Part shown: positions 1 to 7,730 of the stretch, piece by piece
How the letters are laid out: the number at the start of each line of letters is the position of its first letter
Position numbering within the stretch: the first letter of the stretch is position 1
From: a virus
Lineage: Duplodnaviria > Heunggongvirae > Uroviricota > Caudoviricetes
DNA length: 11,595 nucleotides
Virus record (IMG/VR): IMGVR_UViG_2698536392_000001
Span: 1 to 11,595 of that record
Reading direction: 5' to 3' (one strand)
Notes under the pieces: model-generated
What the model saw: only the letters and a program-made list of their open reading frames with translations
The model's database searches: none
Told to the model about the DNA's origin: nothing
Translations under genes and position numbers: made by a program

Positions 1-1822
1 CACTGCAATCGCGATGCGGATCGCTGCCATCGTTCTCCTTGTGCGGATGTTCAGCACCTTCCATTTCCTCCAGACCTTTTTCCTGATATTCATTCTGATT
101 TTCTTCATTAAAGGTTTTCTGATACGTTGCGTCGCCCATCACCGCGCCGCAGTCAGGACAGTTGCCGCCGCCAGCCTGACCGCAGGCGATGCAAACTTTC
201 TCCGTTTCCTGTTGTTGCACTACTGGCTCAGGCTGTTCCGTTTCTGGCTCGTTTTGTTGCGTATTTGGGTCGTTCTGTTCCGCTTTCTGGTCGTTATGTT
301 CCGTTTCTGGCTGATTCTGGTACACAGAGTCGCGGGTCTGGATCCCCTTAACCCATTTCGGATCATTCGGGTCGCTAATCCCTTCAACAAATTCTCCGCG
401 AGAGGCAGCCAGTAATTTGTCTGCATCGACAGGATTTTTGGGCGGAATGTTTTTCCGGGCTTCATGGAGTTCTGCCCGCAGTTTCTGATATTTCGCATCA
501 ACAGAATTTACCTGTGACTGAGCATCCAGCGACTGCGTGTCCTGATGATGTTCAGTTGCATCCGGTTCCACTGTTTCAGCCGTTGCCTGTTCATCTGCCA
601 TTGCGCAAGATGGTTGCAGTTTTTCTTCATCATCCTGTTTTTCTTCTTCTTCTGTTACACGCTGCGGCATCGGGGCAGAGGAACGACCGCAGGCAATATC
701 CACGATTTCCGGATCAGGGTTGGCATGATCAGTTTCAGTCAGTACTTTGTTCAGATATTCAGTGACGTGTGCGGGGGTAACCTCGATCCCAATTGGTGCT
801 TCTTTTACGGACGCAACCACGATGGCGCGGGAATAATCCAGCCCGCCAGGCATGGTGATGAATTTGTCGCGGAAAACAGAAAAGGGCGGTTTATTTTCAG
901 CGATAATTTCCTCGACACGTTTAGCGTGTGCCGGATGAAGGTTATAAATGTCCACGTCCATTGAACGAGCCAGTACGCCAGTGGCTACGTCGCGCGCCAG
1001 TGACGTCAGATCGTGAACGAAACCTTCGCCGCGATCGGTGAGGTTCCCGCCGCCAGCATTAGCGCCGGAAGCCGTGCGCGTGATGCGTGAAACACGATTT
1101 CCTTTCATCCACTCTTTTGTCAGCAGACCACGATCGGTGTAGTCTGCGTCCAGGTATGCTTCGAAAAAAGCAGTCATCAGCCCCAGGCTTGAATTGCCTG
1201 GATTAGGGAAAACTCTGTCAGTATCACGCACCAGTTTGTGGAGATCGCGAATTTCCAGCGGGTCGAGCAGGCTGGTTTTGTGGGAAACAGCCAGGGCAGT
1301 AACAGCTGGTAGTTCTTCAGCTCGTGCAATGTGTAATGCCTGGAGTTCGTCGCGTGAAACGTGCGTCACCGGTTTTTCGCTGCCGTGTTGAGCAAGCCAG
1401 CGAATGGGCAGCTCCTGACCGGAAATCGGGAGTAGCATATTCTCCTCAATCTCCGTCATGTCTTCGCCATTAACATTGGTATTGTCAGTGCTGGCTGGTT
1501 TGTCCTGCGCAGAGGATGAGGGCGCGATAAATACCATTGTGATGCCATCTTCCCCGCCTTTTTCGTAACGGTTGCAGAATTCCGTATCAAATACGCCTTC
1601 TGGCGGGAGGTCATCAACAACGGGCAAATTGACGCGAACAGGTTTTTTGAAGTCATCTTCATCGTAGCCAGCATCATCAATCGCAACAGCACCACGGGAG
1701 ATGGCAATGGATAATTTTTTCGCTTCAGCCCAGTAAAAACCGCCTTTAATACCGAGACGTTTTCTGACTTTGTCATTTTTTGCTTCGTAATACAGTGGGT
1801 AAACTTGTTTATCGGTGCTCAT
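1..1822 (-). CDS. recE: Exodeoxyribonuclease VIII (RecE), N-terminal ~607 codons; gene continues beyond the window start
   Basis: Uninterrupted minus-strand frame from ATG at 1822-1820 to the window edge; absent from the ORF track only because it has no stop inside the window. Translation starts [15 protein letters not shown] and includes [45 protein letters not shown], an acidic Q/E/P-rich repeat linker and a CxxC-x7-CxxC motif. This matches my recollection of the non-catalytic N-terminal part of Rac RecE; the nuclease domain would lie outside the window. Confidence 0.8.
   Translation of the reverse strand, partial: MSTDKQVYPLYYEAKNDKVRKRLGIKGGFYWAEAKKLSIAISRGAVAIDDAGYDEDDFKKPVRVNLPVVDDLPPEGVFDTEFCNRYEKGGEDGITMVFIAPSSSAQDKPASTDNTNVNGEDMTEIEENMLLPISGQELPIRWLAQHGSEKPVTHVSRDELQALHIARAEELPAVTALAVSHKTSLLDPLEIRDLHKLVRDTDRVFPNPGNSSLGLMTAFFEAYLDADYTDRGLLTKEWMKGNRVSRITRTASGANAGGGNLTDRGEGFVHDLTSLARDVATGVLARSMDVDIYNLHPAHAKRVEEIIAENKPPFSVFRDKFITMPGGLDYSRAIVVASVKEAPIGIEVTPAHVTEYLNKVLTETDHANPDPEIVDIACGRSSAPMPQRVTEEEEKQDDEEKLQPSCAMADEQATAETVEPDATEHHQDTQSLDAQSQVNSVDAKYQKLRAELHEARKNIPPKNPVDADKLLAASRGEFVEGISDPNDPKWVKGIQTRDSVYQNQPETEHNDQKAEQNDPNTQQNEPETEQPEPVVQQQETEKVCIACGQAGGGNCPDCGAVMGDATYQKTFNEENQNEYQEKGLEEMEGAEHPHKENDGSDPHRDCS
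233..316. repeat. Four tandem ~21-bp degenerate repeats inside recE (encode heptad-like acidic Q/E/P-rich linker)
   Basis: Plus strand reads ctgttccgtttctggctcgtt / ttgttgcgtatttgggtcgtt / ctgttccgctttctggtcgtt / atgttccgtttctggctgatt at 233-253, 254-274, 275-295 and 296-316. Confidence 0.75.
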
Positions 1823-1929
1823 TGTTTTTTAACCTCAACTCAGATTAAAATTCGTTTGTTCAGTGAATAATCTTGCCGGATACACACTGTTCATAGCCTG
1901 TGCCATACGCAGGCTATTTCTTTCAGATT

Positions 1930-2199
1930 TCACCTTTTAATTTCATTGCAATAAGAGTTGCCAGAAATTCGGCTTTTTTTTCTGCGGGCAGATTCTTTCC
2001 GATATGCACCAGGCACATTTTTTTTGACGCCTTCGTTAAGTGTTTTAACGTTGCCTGATGGACCGTCGATATCAACCACAGTGAAAGGGGTTTCTTTATT
2101 TTCTGTTTTAATCACGTAGCCAATACGCTTTCCTTCCAGGCTGACTTCGTGAACAATGTCATCAGTAGTAACAACAGTGGCTTCATAACTGGTAATCAT
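1930..2199 (-). CDS. racC: RacC-like protein; C-terminal 31 codons apparently out of frame after an A8 homopolymer (possible pseudogene or sequencing error)
   Basis: Likely start is ATG at 2199 (MITSYEATVVTTDDIVHEV...) with AGGAG 6 nt upstream; the 105-aa track ORF starting at 2247 is probably an N-terminal over-extension. After the A8 run (plus-strand T8 at 2028-2035) the current frame gives a basic low-complexity tail NVPGAYRKESARRKKSRISGNSYCNEIKR, while the -1 frame gives MCLVHIGKNLPAEKKAEFLATLIAMKLKGEI ending at a stop at 1923-1925. Confidence 0.65.
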   Translation of the reverse strand: MITSYEATVVTTDDIVHEVSLEGKRIGYVIKTENKETPFTVVDIDGPSGNVKTLNEGVKKNVPGAYRKESARRKKSRISGNSYCNEIKR

Positions 2200-2273
2200 G
2201 TTTTTCTCCTTAATTAAGGTTGAGCGAATCCCTGCCATTGCTGGCATAAATTCAGTTTCGGATAGTCAGTTAA

Positions 2274-2444
2274 TTAAAGTTCGTGTGCCATCTGGTCTTT
2301 TTCGGCACAGATTTCACTACAATATTTTTTCATTTCCGTCGTTGGTATAACTCCACGCATGAAATGAAGTGGTCTTGTAATGATTTTGCTTTCTTCAATT
2401 TCTTTATTGCAAAGGTGATAAGCACATTTTATTTTCTTAGTCAT
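2274..2444 (-). CDS. ydaE: YdaE-like small zinc-binding protein (56 aa)
   Basis: Minus-strand ORF below the 60-aa track cut-off: [56 protein letters not shown]. It has C-x4-C ... C-x3-C cysteines, its start overlaps the kilR-like stop (TAATG), and its size and position match Rac ydaE. Confidence 0.65.
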   Translation of the reverse strand: MTKKIKCAYHLCNKEIEESKIITRPLHFMRGVIPTTEMKKYCSEICAEKDQMAHEL

Positions 2445-2665
2445 TACCATGACTCCGCCTTTACAGGTAAACCATCACGACCGAGGAAGACTCTAATCAT
2501 GCAGTCAGAAATGCATGTTTTTGTAGTCAGGCTACGAATATAAAGTTTTCGCTTTTTAATATTGTTTGCCGAGGCGATATATGTCCGACCTTCATGAAGA
2601 ACATAATCGCCAGGGGTCACACACTGACGTGGTATTTCATCAGTTCCGAAGTGATGAGCAATCAT
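2444..2665 (-). CDS. kilR: KilR-like cell-division inhibitor (73 aa)
   Basis: Track ORF 2444..2677 begins MEIIMIAHH; the internal ATG at 2665 has GGAG 6 nt upstream and gives a 73-aa product [73 protein letters not shown]. Position between ydaE and the immunity region matches Rac kilR. Confidence 0.7.
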   Translation of the reverse strand: MIAHHFGTDEIPRQCVTPGDYVLHEGRTYIASANNIKKRKLYIRSLTTKTCISDCMIRVFLGRDGLPVKAESW

Positions 2666-3073
2666 AATTATCTCCATTTTTACAAATGAATTTTGTCGAT
2701 GCGGTGCCTGGTGCCTCCAGGTGACGTTAACCAGTTAACAATTAACGCCGGATAATCCACCCATAACACTGATGCTTTTAACTGTGCCGCGTGCGCTTAG
2801 CCGCATTCACCGCATCACAAAATTCACTTTAAAAAGGGGCGGCAGGGCAGCTACGGAGTAGAACTGATGCCGCCAAAGACTAGACACAGCAATGTCGTTA
2901 TTTACAACCGGAGGCGCACTCCCACCATTTAAATTTAACAGACAAGACCGACTCTTTATGGATACCGGAAATGCGCCTTCGTGTTGTGCCCGGTTTTATT
3001 TCACCACCTCCGGGCTTTGGTGGCCTCGGCTATACCCCTACAGCAAGAATATTGAATTAATCCAATAAATGGT

Positions 3074-3226
3074 TTAGCTGGTATTTTTGGCAAGCCAGCG
3101 ACGTGCGCCAGCTTCGGTTTTAAACGATTTGCTTTTGGTATACGTCATGGCGGTGAATGTGCCGTCCTGATTGGGAAACACGCCACATACCAGAGATTCG
3201 TTGTTGCCAAGATCGATAGTATCCAT
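3074..3226 (-). CDS. Small Rac-type early protein (50 aa; YdaF/YdaG-like position)
   Basis: Internal ATG at 3226 with GAGG 5 nt upstream gives MDTIDLGNNESLVCGVFPNQDGTFTAMTYTKSKSFKTEAGARRWLAKNTS; the longer 71-aa track ORF lacks a good ribosome-binding site. It lies just downstream of a strong leftward promoter. Confidence 0.5.
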   Translation of the reverse strand: MDTIDLGNNESLVCGVFPNQDGTFTAMTYTKSKSFKTEAGARRWLAKNTS

Positions 3227-3406
3227 GTTGACCTCATTTCCCCTTAACGCCGGGTGGCGGAACGTTTTATCTACTGCGCTTTGTATCAATCAACAACTGC
3301 CGTCATGTTCGTATGCCTCAGGCTGGCTACTTAGCCCTGTTCAGTGGCTGGATAACTCGAGGTATTGTCCTGCCGTTCTCTGGTGGGGCGTTGTTTGGAT
3401 ATGCTT

Positions 3407-3448
3407 ATTAAACACAATACGTTTTCTTATGTCAACACGAAATGTGTT
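3407..3448 (-). promoter_or_regulatory. Leftward early promoter (PL-like) with overlapping operator-like inverted repeat AACAC-N5-GTGTT
   Basis: On the minus strand: TTGACA (plus 3435-3430), a 17-bp spacer, then TTTAAT (plus 3412-3407). The inverted repeat AACACgaaatGTGTT at 3434-3448 overlaps the -35 and has the same architecture as the site at 4009-4023. Confidence 0.55.
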
Positions 3449-3477
3449 TTGTGGTGGATGTCATATGATGATGGTAC

Positions 3478-3501
3478 AAAAAAGCCCGCTGATAGCGGGC
3501 T
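3478..3501 (-). terminator. Rho-independent terminator downstream of the repressor gene
   Basis: Minus strand reads AGCCCGC-uauca-GCGGGCU followed by UUUUUU (plus-strand A run 3478-3483); it sits 30 bp past the repressor stop. Confidence 0.7.
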
Positions 3502-3531
3502 GATTGGCATATTACTGTGATAGCAAGATCA

Positions 3532-3951
3532 TTACTCCGGTGGGGGATTATCTTTAAGCCTGCCTCTCAAATATTTTTCTACATACTCATCGATTTCTTT
3601 TAGCCGGACTTCAAATAGCTCAATCATTCGTTGTTGTTCTGAGCCCGGTAGCTGGTTAAACAACTCAAGAAGTTTTCGTTGGGATTCATTTAACCACAAT
3701 TCAGAAGATTCCTGTTCTCCAAATAGGAGCTCAGGAGGAGATATGCCAAGTGCCTTTCCCAATACGACAGCGTCATGCACTCCAACATTTCTGCTGCCCG
3801 CCTCATAGTTACCTATACGCGATTGCGTCCATCCGCAGATTTCAGCAAGTTTTCCTTGAGATAAACCAAGCTTCTGCCTGCGCTCTTTAAGACGCATTGC
3901 AATTTTGTCATTGAGCCTACTAGCGGCAATTTTTTCGTTTTCTTTTTCCAT
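3532..3951 (-). CDS. Prophage immunity repressor, XRE-family HTH, no S24 peptidase domain (RacR-like position)
   Basis: 139 aa; HTH segment LGLSQGKLAEICGWTQSRIGNYEAG; divergently oriented to the Cro-like gene; AAGGA ribosome-binding site. Short length and absence of an Ala-Gly/Ser-Lys autocleavage module suggest a non-LexA-like repressor. Confidence 0.75.
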   Translation of the reverse strand: MEKENEKIAASRLNDKIAMRLKERRQKLGLSQGKLAEICGWTQSRIGNYEAGSRNVGVHDAVVLGKALGISPPELLFGEQESSELWLNESQRKLLELFNQLPGSEQQRMIELFEVRLKEIDEYVEKYLRGRLKDNPPPE

Positions 3952-4047
3952 TGCATCCTTGTATCACGAATCGTGATTTACATAAAACACAAAACAGCTT
4001 GACCATATAACACAAGGTGTGTTTAAAATTGTCATCGGAGGTTTTCA
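3952..4047. promoter_or_regulatory. Divergent promoter/operator region of the immunity switch
   Basis: Perfect 15-bp palindrome ATCACGAaTCGTGAT at 3963-3977, 12 bp from the repressor start codon. Inverted repeat AACACaaggtGTGTT at 4009-4023 lies between a rightward -35 TTGACC (3999-4004) and -10-like TTTAAA/TAAAAT (4022-4029). GGAGG precedes the Cro-like ATG by 7 nt. Confidence 0.6.
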
Positions 4048-4290
4048 ATGAACAAAATTTCAACATATCGAAAACAGCTTGGGCTGTCTCAAAGACAACT
4101 TGCTGTTCAGTTAGGGTGGATACAAAGCCGACTGGCAAATTACGAAGCAAATTTTCGTACCCCTGGACTAGAGGAGTGCAGAAAAATTGTTTCTACCCTT
4201 AATCGGCTTGGCGCTCGTTGTGGACTTGACGATGTATTCCCCCCAGACGGTAAGCATAGCGAAAACAGCATAGGAGCGGTTGATTCATGA
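4048..4290 (+). CDS. Cro-like XRE-family HTH protein (YdaS-like position, 80 aa)
   Basis: HTH segment LGLSQRQLAVQLGWIQSRLANYEA; first gene of the rightward operon; its stop overlaps the next start (ATGA). Confidence 0.75.
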   Translation: MNKISTYRKQLGLSQRQLAVQLGWIQSRLANYEANFRTPGLEECRKIVSTLNRLGARCGLDDVFPPDGKHSENSIGAVDS

Positions 4291-4709
4291 AAATCAGGCA
4301 TGAGCATATCGAATCAGTGTTGTTAGCCCTGGCTGTTGAAAAAGGGCAGGCATGGGTAGCCAATGCCATTACTGAAGAATATCTGCGCCAGGGGGGCGGC
4401 GAATTGCCCCTTGTACCAGGCAAGGACTGGAACAATCAGCAGAATATCTATCACCGTTGGTTGAAAGGTGAAACGAAAGCGCAAAGGGAAAAAATTCAGA
4501 AACTGATCCCTGCGGTTCTGGCAATTCTTCCGCGCGAGCTGCGTCACCGACTCTGCATCTTCGATACCCTGGAACGCCGTGCATTACTGGCGGCGCAGGA
4601 AGCGTTGAGTACGGCAATTGATGCGCATGATGAGGCAGTCCAGGCCGTTTACCGGAAAGCACATTTCAGCGGTGGTGGGTCGCCCGGCGATTCTGTCGTA
4701 GTGCATTGA
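4287..4709 (+). CDS. ydaT: YdaT-like protein (140 aa; CII-position regulator reported toxic when derepressed in Rac)
   Basis: 140 aa, the same length as Rac YdaT as I recall it; translationally coupled to the Cro-like gene; position between cro-like and the replication genes. Confidence 0.6.
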   Translation: MKIRHEHIESVLLALAVEKGQAWVANAITEEYLRQGGGELPLVPGKDWNNQQNIYHRWLKGETKAQREKIQKLIPAVLAILPRELRHRLCIFDTLERRALLAAQEALSTAIDAHDEAVQAVYRKAHFSGGGSPGDSVVVH

Positions 4710-4754
4710 TTGAAATTAATCGTGCCGGATTGTTTTGTTCGGTATCAGTTAAAT

Positions 4755-4773
4755 GTAACGCTGCGAGCGTTAC
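4755..4773. repeat. Perfect inverted repeat GTAACGC-N5-GCGTTAC upstream of the replication initiator gene (iteron/operator-like)
   Basis: gtaacgc-tgcga-gcgttac at 4755-4773, 14 bp upstream of the O-like start; the same motif recurs inside the gene. Confidence 0.7.
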
Positions 4774-4786
4774 AAGGTGAAAACAA

Positions 4787-5575
4787 ATGGCTTCAAACTG
4801 GATAAAGCTCGAGGTTATTACGCCGGATAAGCCGGAAATATTCAGGCTTGCTGAGATTCTGAATATTGATCCAGATGCCGCATTAGGGAAGGTTATTCGC
4901 TTCTGGGCATGGGCGGATCAACAAATGATAGACGGTAATGCAAATTGTAACGCTCGCGGCGTTACAAAAAGTGCAATAGATCGCATCACTTTTATGGCTG
5001 GTTTTGCTGATGCGTTAATTCAGGTTGGATGGCTGGTCGAAAATGACGTTGGGCTTTCTCTACCTAACTTTGAACGTCATAACGGAAAAAGCTCTAAAAA
5101 ACGGGCGGTTACAAACGAGCGAGTTACAAAAATACGCGAACTGAAACGAAAAGGTAACGCTGCCATCGTTACACAAACGGATCAAAAAGCGTTACCAGAG
5201 GAAGAGGAAGAGGAAGATATAAATACTGATCTCCCCCTAAATCCCCCTCGCCAAAAACGAGCGTCTAAAAAATTCGAGCCGGAGGCTATTGAGCTGCCCG
5301 ATTGGTTGCCGGAAACACTCTGGCATGAGTGGGTCCGGTTCAGACAGGCATTGCGAAAACCGATTCGAACGGAGCAGGGCGCTAACGGGGCGATACGGGA
5401 ACTGGAAAAATTCCGCCAGCAGGGTTTTACACCTGAGCAGGTGATTCGACACAGCATCGCCAATGAATACCAGGGCCTGTTCGCGCCGAAAGGTGTTCGG
5501 CCTGAGACGTTGCTCCGACAGGTTAACACCGTCTCGTTGCCGGACAGTGCGATCCCGCCAGGCTTCAGGGGGTAA
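4787..5575 (+). CDS. Phage replication initiator / replisome organiser (O-like; YdaU-like position)
   Basis: 262 aa; immediately upstream of the DnaC-like gene; contains the iteron cluster in the region encoding a basic then poly-Glu linker (KRAVTNERVTKIRELKRKGN ... EEEEEED); AAGGTGA ribosome-binding site. Confidence 0.6.
   Translation: MASNWIKLEVITPDKPEIFRLAEILNIDPDAALGKVIRFWAWADQQMIDGNANCNARGVTKSAIDRITFMAGFADALIQVGWLVENDVGLSLPNFERHNGKSSKKRAVTNERVTKIRELKRKGNAAIVTQTDQKALPEEEEEEDINTDLPLNPPRQKRASKKFEPEAIELPDWLPETLWHEWVRFRQALRKPIRTEQGANGAIRELEKFRQQGFTPEQVIRHSIANEYQGLFAPKGVRPETLLRQVNTVSLPDSAIPPGFRG
4947..5195. repeat. Intragenic iteron cluster (putative replication origin) within the O-like gene
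   Basis: GTAACGC-tcgcg-GCGTTAC at 4947-4965; direct GTTACAAA half-sites at 5108-5115 and 5123-5130; GTAACGC-tgcca-tCGTTAC at 5154-5172; GCGTTAC at 5189-5195. These are followed by a (GAG GAA)n purine tract at 5198-5218 and an A/T-rich patch, resembling the iterons plus AT-rich region of lambda ori inside gene O. Confidence 0.6.
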
Positions 5576-5581
5576 CGGACC

Positions 5582-6328
5582 ATGAAAAATATTGCGACAG
5601 GCGGCGTTCTGGAACGCATCCGCCGACTGACCCCGCCACATGTAACCGCCCCATTCAGAACGGTAGCGGAGTGGCGCGAGTGGCAACTTGCTGAAGGCCA
5701 GAAACGTAGCGAGGAGATTAACCGCCTGAATCGCCAGTTGCGGGTGGAAAAAATTCTGAATCGTTCAGGCATCCAGCCGTTGCACCGTAAATGCTCGTTT
5801 GCGAATTACCAGGTGCAGAACGACGGCCAGCGATACGCGTTAAGCCAGGCGAAATCCATCGCCGATGAACTGATGACCGGGTGTACAAATTTTGCGTTCA
5901 GCGGAAAACCTGGTACCGGGAAGAATCACTTAGCGGCATCTATCGGGAATCGCCTGCTGAAAGACGGTCAGACAGTGATTGTGGTTACCGTGGCTGATGT
6001 TATGAGCGCCCTGCACGCCAGCTATGACGACGGGCAGTCAGGCGAAAAATTTTTGCGGGAGCTGTGCGAAGTGGATCTGCTGGTTCTTGATGAAATTGGC
6101 ATTCAGCGCGAGACGAAAAACGAGCAGGTGGTGCTGCATCAGATTGTTGATCGCCGGACAGCGTCGATGCGCAGCGTGGGGATGCTGACAAACCTGAACT
6201 ATGAGGCCATGAAAACATTGCTCGGCGAGCGGATTATGGATCGCATGACCATGAACGGCGGGCGATGGGTGAATTTTAACTGGGAGAGCTGGCGTCCGAA
6301 TGTTGGTCAGCCAGGAATTGCGAAGTAA
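5582..6328 (+). CDS. ydaV: DnaC/IstB-like AAA+ helicase loader (YdaV-like)
   Basis: 248 aa; Walker [19 protein letters not shown] and Walker [10 protein letters not shown]; follows the initiator gene with a 6-bp gap. Confidence 0.85.
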   Translation: MKNIATGGVLERIRRLTPPHVTAPFRTVAEWREWQLAEGQKRSEEINRLNRQLRVEKILNRSGIQPLHRKCSFANYQVQNDGQRYALSQAKSIADELMTGCTNFAFSGKPGTGKNHLAASIGNRLLKDGQTVIVVTVADVMSALHASYDDGQSGEKFLRELCEVDLLVLDEIGIQRETKNEQVVLHQIVDRRTASMRSVGMLTNLNYEAMKTLLGERIMDRMTMNGGRWVNFNWESWRPNVGQPGIAK

Positions 6329-6350
6329 TTTTTACCGGGAGGAAATTTTA

Positions 6351-7094
6351 ATGGAGACTGTTTTTGACGCACTGAAAGCAATGGGAAAAGCCACATCCAT
6401 AGAACTTGCTGCGCGACTTGATATCAGTCGTGAAGAAGTGCTGAACGAACTATGGGAACTGAAAAAGGCTGGTTTTGTTGATAAAAGCGCGTACACCTGG
6501 CGTGTGGCTGATAACAACGTTCAGCAGGAACAGCCAGCGCAGGCAGAACTGCCGGAAGAAACCACCACAGCAACAGTAGCGAAAATCTCAGAGTGCGATT
6601 TAACCGCAACGATTGAACAACGCGGACCACAAACGGCTGATGAGCTGGCTACATTGTTTGGTACCACATCACGCAAAGTGGCTTCAACGCTGGCAATGGC
6701 AATCAGCAAAGGTCGTCTGATTCGCGTAAATCAGGGCGGTAAATTTCGTTACTGCATACCGGGCGATAATTTACCAGCAGAGCCGAAAGCAGCATCGGTA
6801 GCGGAAACTGATGGTAAGGCCTTTCCTCATCCCGCAGGTGTTGCATTACCAGTACAGGAGGCTGCAACACAGGAAGATATTAAAACAGAAACGGTGGCGG
6901 ACATTGTGCAGTCGCTTGAGAAGCGAGTGGATAATCTGGTTCTGCCATCGCTGCGACAGGCAAACCGCGAACTGCGTCGGGCGAAAAGTGATATCCGGAA
7001 ATGGGAGCGAGTCTGTGCCGCGCTGCGGGAGCTGAATAAATATCGCGATATTGTCGCCCAGCTTTGCCGGGAGGAAACCAGTGAGCAACATTAA
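6351..7094 (+). CDS. Hypothetical protein with two winged-helix-like segments and a C-terminal coiled coil
   Basis: Start taken at ATG 6351 (GGGAGG 8 nt upstream) rather than the track start at 6300, which overlaps the ydaV-like gene. Segments [30 protein letters not shown] and [34 protein letters not shown] look like HTH/wHTH motifs; the C-terminus is heptad-rich. Possibly the DUF1627 family (recollection only). Confidence 0.55.
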   Translation: METVFDALKAMGKATSIELAARLDISREEVLNELWELKKAGFVDKSAYTWRVADNNVQQEQPAQAELPEETTTATVAKISECDLTATIEQRGPQTADELATLFGTTSRKVASTLAMAISKGRLIRVNQGGKFRYCIPGDNLPAEPKAASVAETDGKAFPHPAGVALPVQEAATQEDIKTETVADIVQSLEKRVDNLVLPSLRQANRELRRAKSDIRKWERVCAALRELNKYRDIVAQLCREETSEQH

Positions 7095-7635
7095 TTACCA
7101 GGCACTGCGAATGGCGGCAGAAAATGCAACCCCTGGCGAATGGTGTTCTGATGATTATGGGTTAATTGCTGATGCCGGACTGAACGCAAATTACTACATA
7201 GCATCATGCTCAGGACCAGATAATCGCGCCAATAAGCGATTCATAGCAGCAGCCAATCCGGCTACCGTGCTGGCACTGTTGGATGAACGGGAAGCCCAAA
7301 GCAAACGCATTGCAGAGCTGGAGACTAATCTTGCTGCGCTTGCGGCGGAGAATGCGGGGCTGAATAAATTTATCGTACAGAGTTGCTACGTGTTTGATGG
7401 CGAGCAGGATGAACTATCTGATGCGTATATCTGCGCAATAGACGGAAGGATGCCGCAAACCCCAGCCACCGACGCTTTCTTGTCGGATGTGCGGGCTGGG
7501 GCGTTTAACGACCTTTGCGCGGCGTTTGTCAGGCACGCAAAAGTTGCAGGACTGGATGATGCCGATACCGTAACGCTTAAGGAAGTGACAGAAGCATTGT
7601 TGCATTGTGCGGAACAGATTCGCGCGCCTGAATAA
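7081..7635 (+). CDS. Ead/Ea22-like family protein, paralog 1
   Basis: Start probably GTG 7081 (GGGAGG 6 nt upstream), giving [21 protein letters not shown]. Shares the N-terminal INYQALR motif and the central [18 protein letters not shown] core with the ORF at 8079, including an identical 17-nt stretch gccaatccggctaccgt. Confidence 0.6.
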   Translation: MSNINYQALRMAAENATPGEWCSDDYGLIADAGLNANYYIASCSGPDNRANKRFIAAANPATVLALLDEREAQSKRIAELETNLAALAAENAGLNKFIVQSCYVFDGEQDELSDAYICAIDGRMPQTPATDAFLSDVRAGAFNDLCAAFVRHAKVAGLDDADTVTLKEVTEALLHCAEQIRAPE

Positions 7636-7707
7636 TTAAATTTAGTGTTGTAAATAAAATTTAATCCTTAACCGGAAGGATTTCTGCACCCTCAGAACAG
7701 CAGGAGG

Positions 7708-7723
7708 CCACCCGAAAGGGTGG
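7708..7723 (+). promoter_or_regulatory. GC-rich hairpin with GNRA tetraloop (CCACCC-GAAA-GGGTGG) between a Shine-Dalgarno-like AGGAGG and the start codon of the acidic ORF
   Basis: Perfect 6-bp stem with GAAA loop, seen directly. AGGAGG at 7702-7707 is 23 nt from ATG 7731 unless the hairpin shortens the effective spacing; alternatively GGTGG in the 3' arm serves as the ribosome-binding site. Confidence 0.45.
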
Positions 7724-7730
7724 TAGTGAA

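Noticed and set aside
14-1391. Plus-strand track ORFs 14..415, 127..351, 514..765, 545..964 and 1194..1391
   Set aside because: All lie antisense to the long uninterrupted recE frame, have no convincing ribosome-binding sites and give low-complexity translations; treated as shadow ORFs.
220-1776. Minus-strand track ORFs 220..501 and 1456..1776
   Set aside because: Out of frame with and fully embedded in the recE coding frame on the same strand; the recE frame is the one with recognisable protein sequence.
2283-2543. Plus-strand ORF (86 aa, GTG start) overlapping the ydaE-like and kilR-like genes
   Set aside because: Antisense to two compact, coupled minus-strand genes; hydrophobic low-complexity translation; no ribosome-binding site.
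2199-2677. Longer N-terminal extensions of racC (start 2247) and kilR (start 2677) given by the ORF track
   Set aside because: The internal ATGs at 2199 and 2665 have well-spaced Shine-Dalgarno sequences and give the expected protein lengths; the extensions lack them.
3171-3503. Plus-strand 110-aa ORF across the leftward promoter region
   Set aside because: Overlaps the small leftward gene, the promoter and the terminator; no ribosome-binding site; the hydrophobic translation looks like an AT/GC-skew artefact.
3920-4709. Track ORFs 3920..4150(-), 4017..4202(+), 4199..4435(-), 4323..4547(-) and 4369..4662(-)
   Set aside because: Each overlaps the better-supported Cro-like or ydaT-like genes or the operator region, on the wrong strand or frame.
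5182-6709. Minus-strand ORFs 5182..5772, 5237..5686, 6000..6218, 6332..6517, 6424..6630 and 6521..6709
   Set aside because: Antisense to the initiator, the DnaC-like gene (with clear Walker motifs) and the winged-helix gene; Arg/Ser-rich translations typical of GC-rich antisense frames.
7663-7682. Hairpin AATCCTT-aaccgg-AAGGATT considered as an intrinsic terminator after the first Ea22-like gene
   Set aside because: The stem is AU-rich with only two G-C pairs and the trailing U tract is short and interrupted; more likely leader structure than an efficient terminator. Kept only as part of the cassette finding.
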